Assembly: GCA_021735655.1 (NCBI GenBank)
Contig: JAIPGM010000001.1
Coordinates: forward strand, 32,001-96,000
Length of the DNA: 64,000 nt
Reading direction: 5' to 3'
Source of the DNA: Candidatus Omnitrophota bacterium
GTDB lineage: Bacteria > Omnitrophota > Gorgyraeia > Duberdicusellales > 4484-171
Within the stretch, counting starts at the first letter, position 1. More model-generated notes on the stretch are below. The model had not been told where the DNA came from, did not search any database, and worked only from the letters and a program-made list of their open reading frames with translations. The DNA is not shown here.

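Noticed and set aside
21375-64000. Alternative genetic code (stop-codon reassignment) as the explanation for the giant stop-free frame
   Set aside because: The ORF is stop-free under the standard code itself. Flanking genes terminate with TAA, TAG and TGA, so all three function as stops in this genome.

Overview
The window is entirely plus-strand and has three parts: a Tad pilus locus carrying about 14 tandem Flp-like pilin paralogs, four c-di-GMP-I riboswitch-like leaders on the downstream genes, and a giant open reading frame that fills the last two thirds of the window.

1. **Tad (Flp) pilus locus, 1 to ~12.9 kb.** The window opens inside a CpaF/TadA secretion ATPase gene. An array of about 14 small Flp-like pilin, TadE-like and TadG-like genes has been inserted between tadA and tadB-tadC. 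Each has an Ala, Thr or Ser where the canonical Flp motif has the cleavage-site Gly.

2. **Riboswitch-controlled secretome, 12.9 to 21.3 kb.** Four strongly supported c-di-GMP-I (GEMM) riboswitch-like leaders end in intrinsic terminators. Three sit behind near-identical promoters (TTGAnn, 18-nt spacer, TGnTATATT); the fourth may be read through from the upstream gene. They precede the first pilin gene, secreted 18-residue-repeat ('LKPSFxKL') proteins, another secreted protein and the giant gene.

3. **Giant open reading frame, 21375 to at least 64000.** One reading frame has no stop codon through the window end. That is more than 14,200 codons, and it continues beyond the window.
   - **Order along the protein:** an N-terminal signal-anchor, a very long Gly/Asn/Thr-rich adhesin-like region, then about ten modules. 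Each module starts with a 'PLDNG' pentapeptide followed by a basic stretch and a signal-peptide-like transmembrane hairpin.
   - **Embedded domains (inferred from motifs):**
     - a thioredoxin domain (WCGPC), read codon by codon;
     - an archaemetzincin-like metalloprotease motif, read codon by codon;
     - two ATP-grasp-like domains, read codon by codon;
     - a possible clan GH-A glycoside hydrolase;
     - an expanded 'AEKAAEAKKVAD' tandem repeat, read codon by codon;
     - coiled coils and a polytopic membrane block, recalled rather than fully re-read.

I saw no rRNA, tRNA, CRISPR array or transposase. All coordinates are read by eye and may be off by a few nucleotides.
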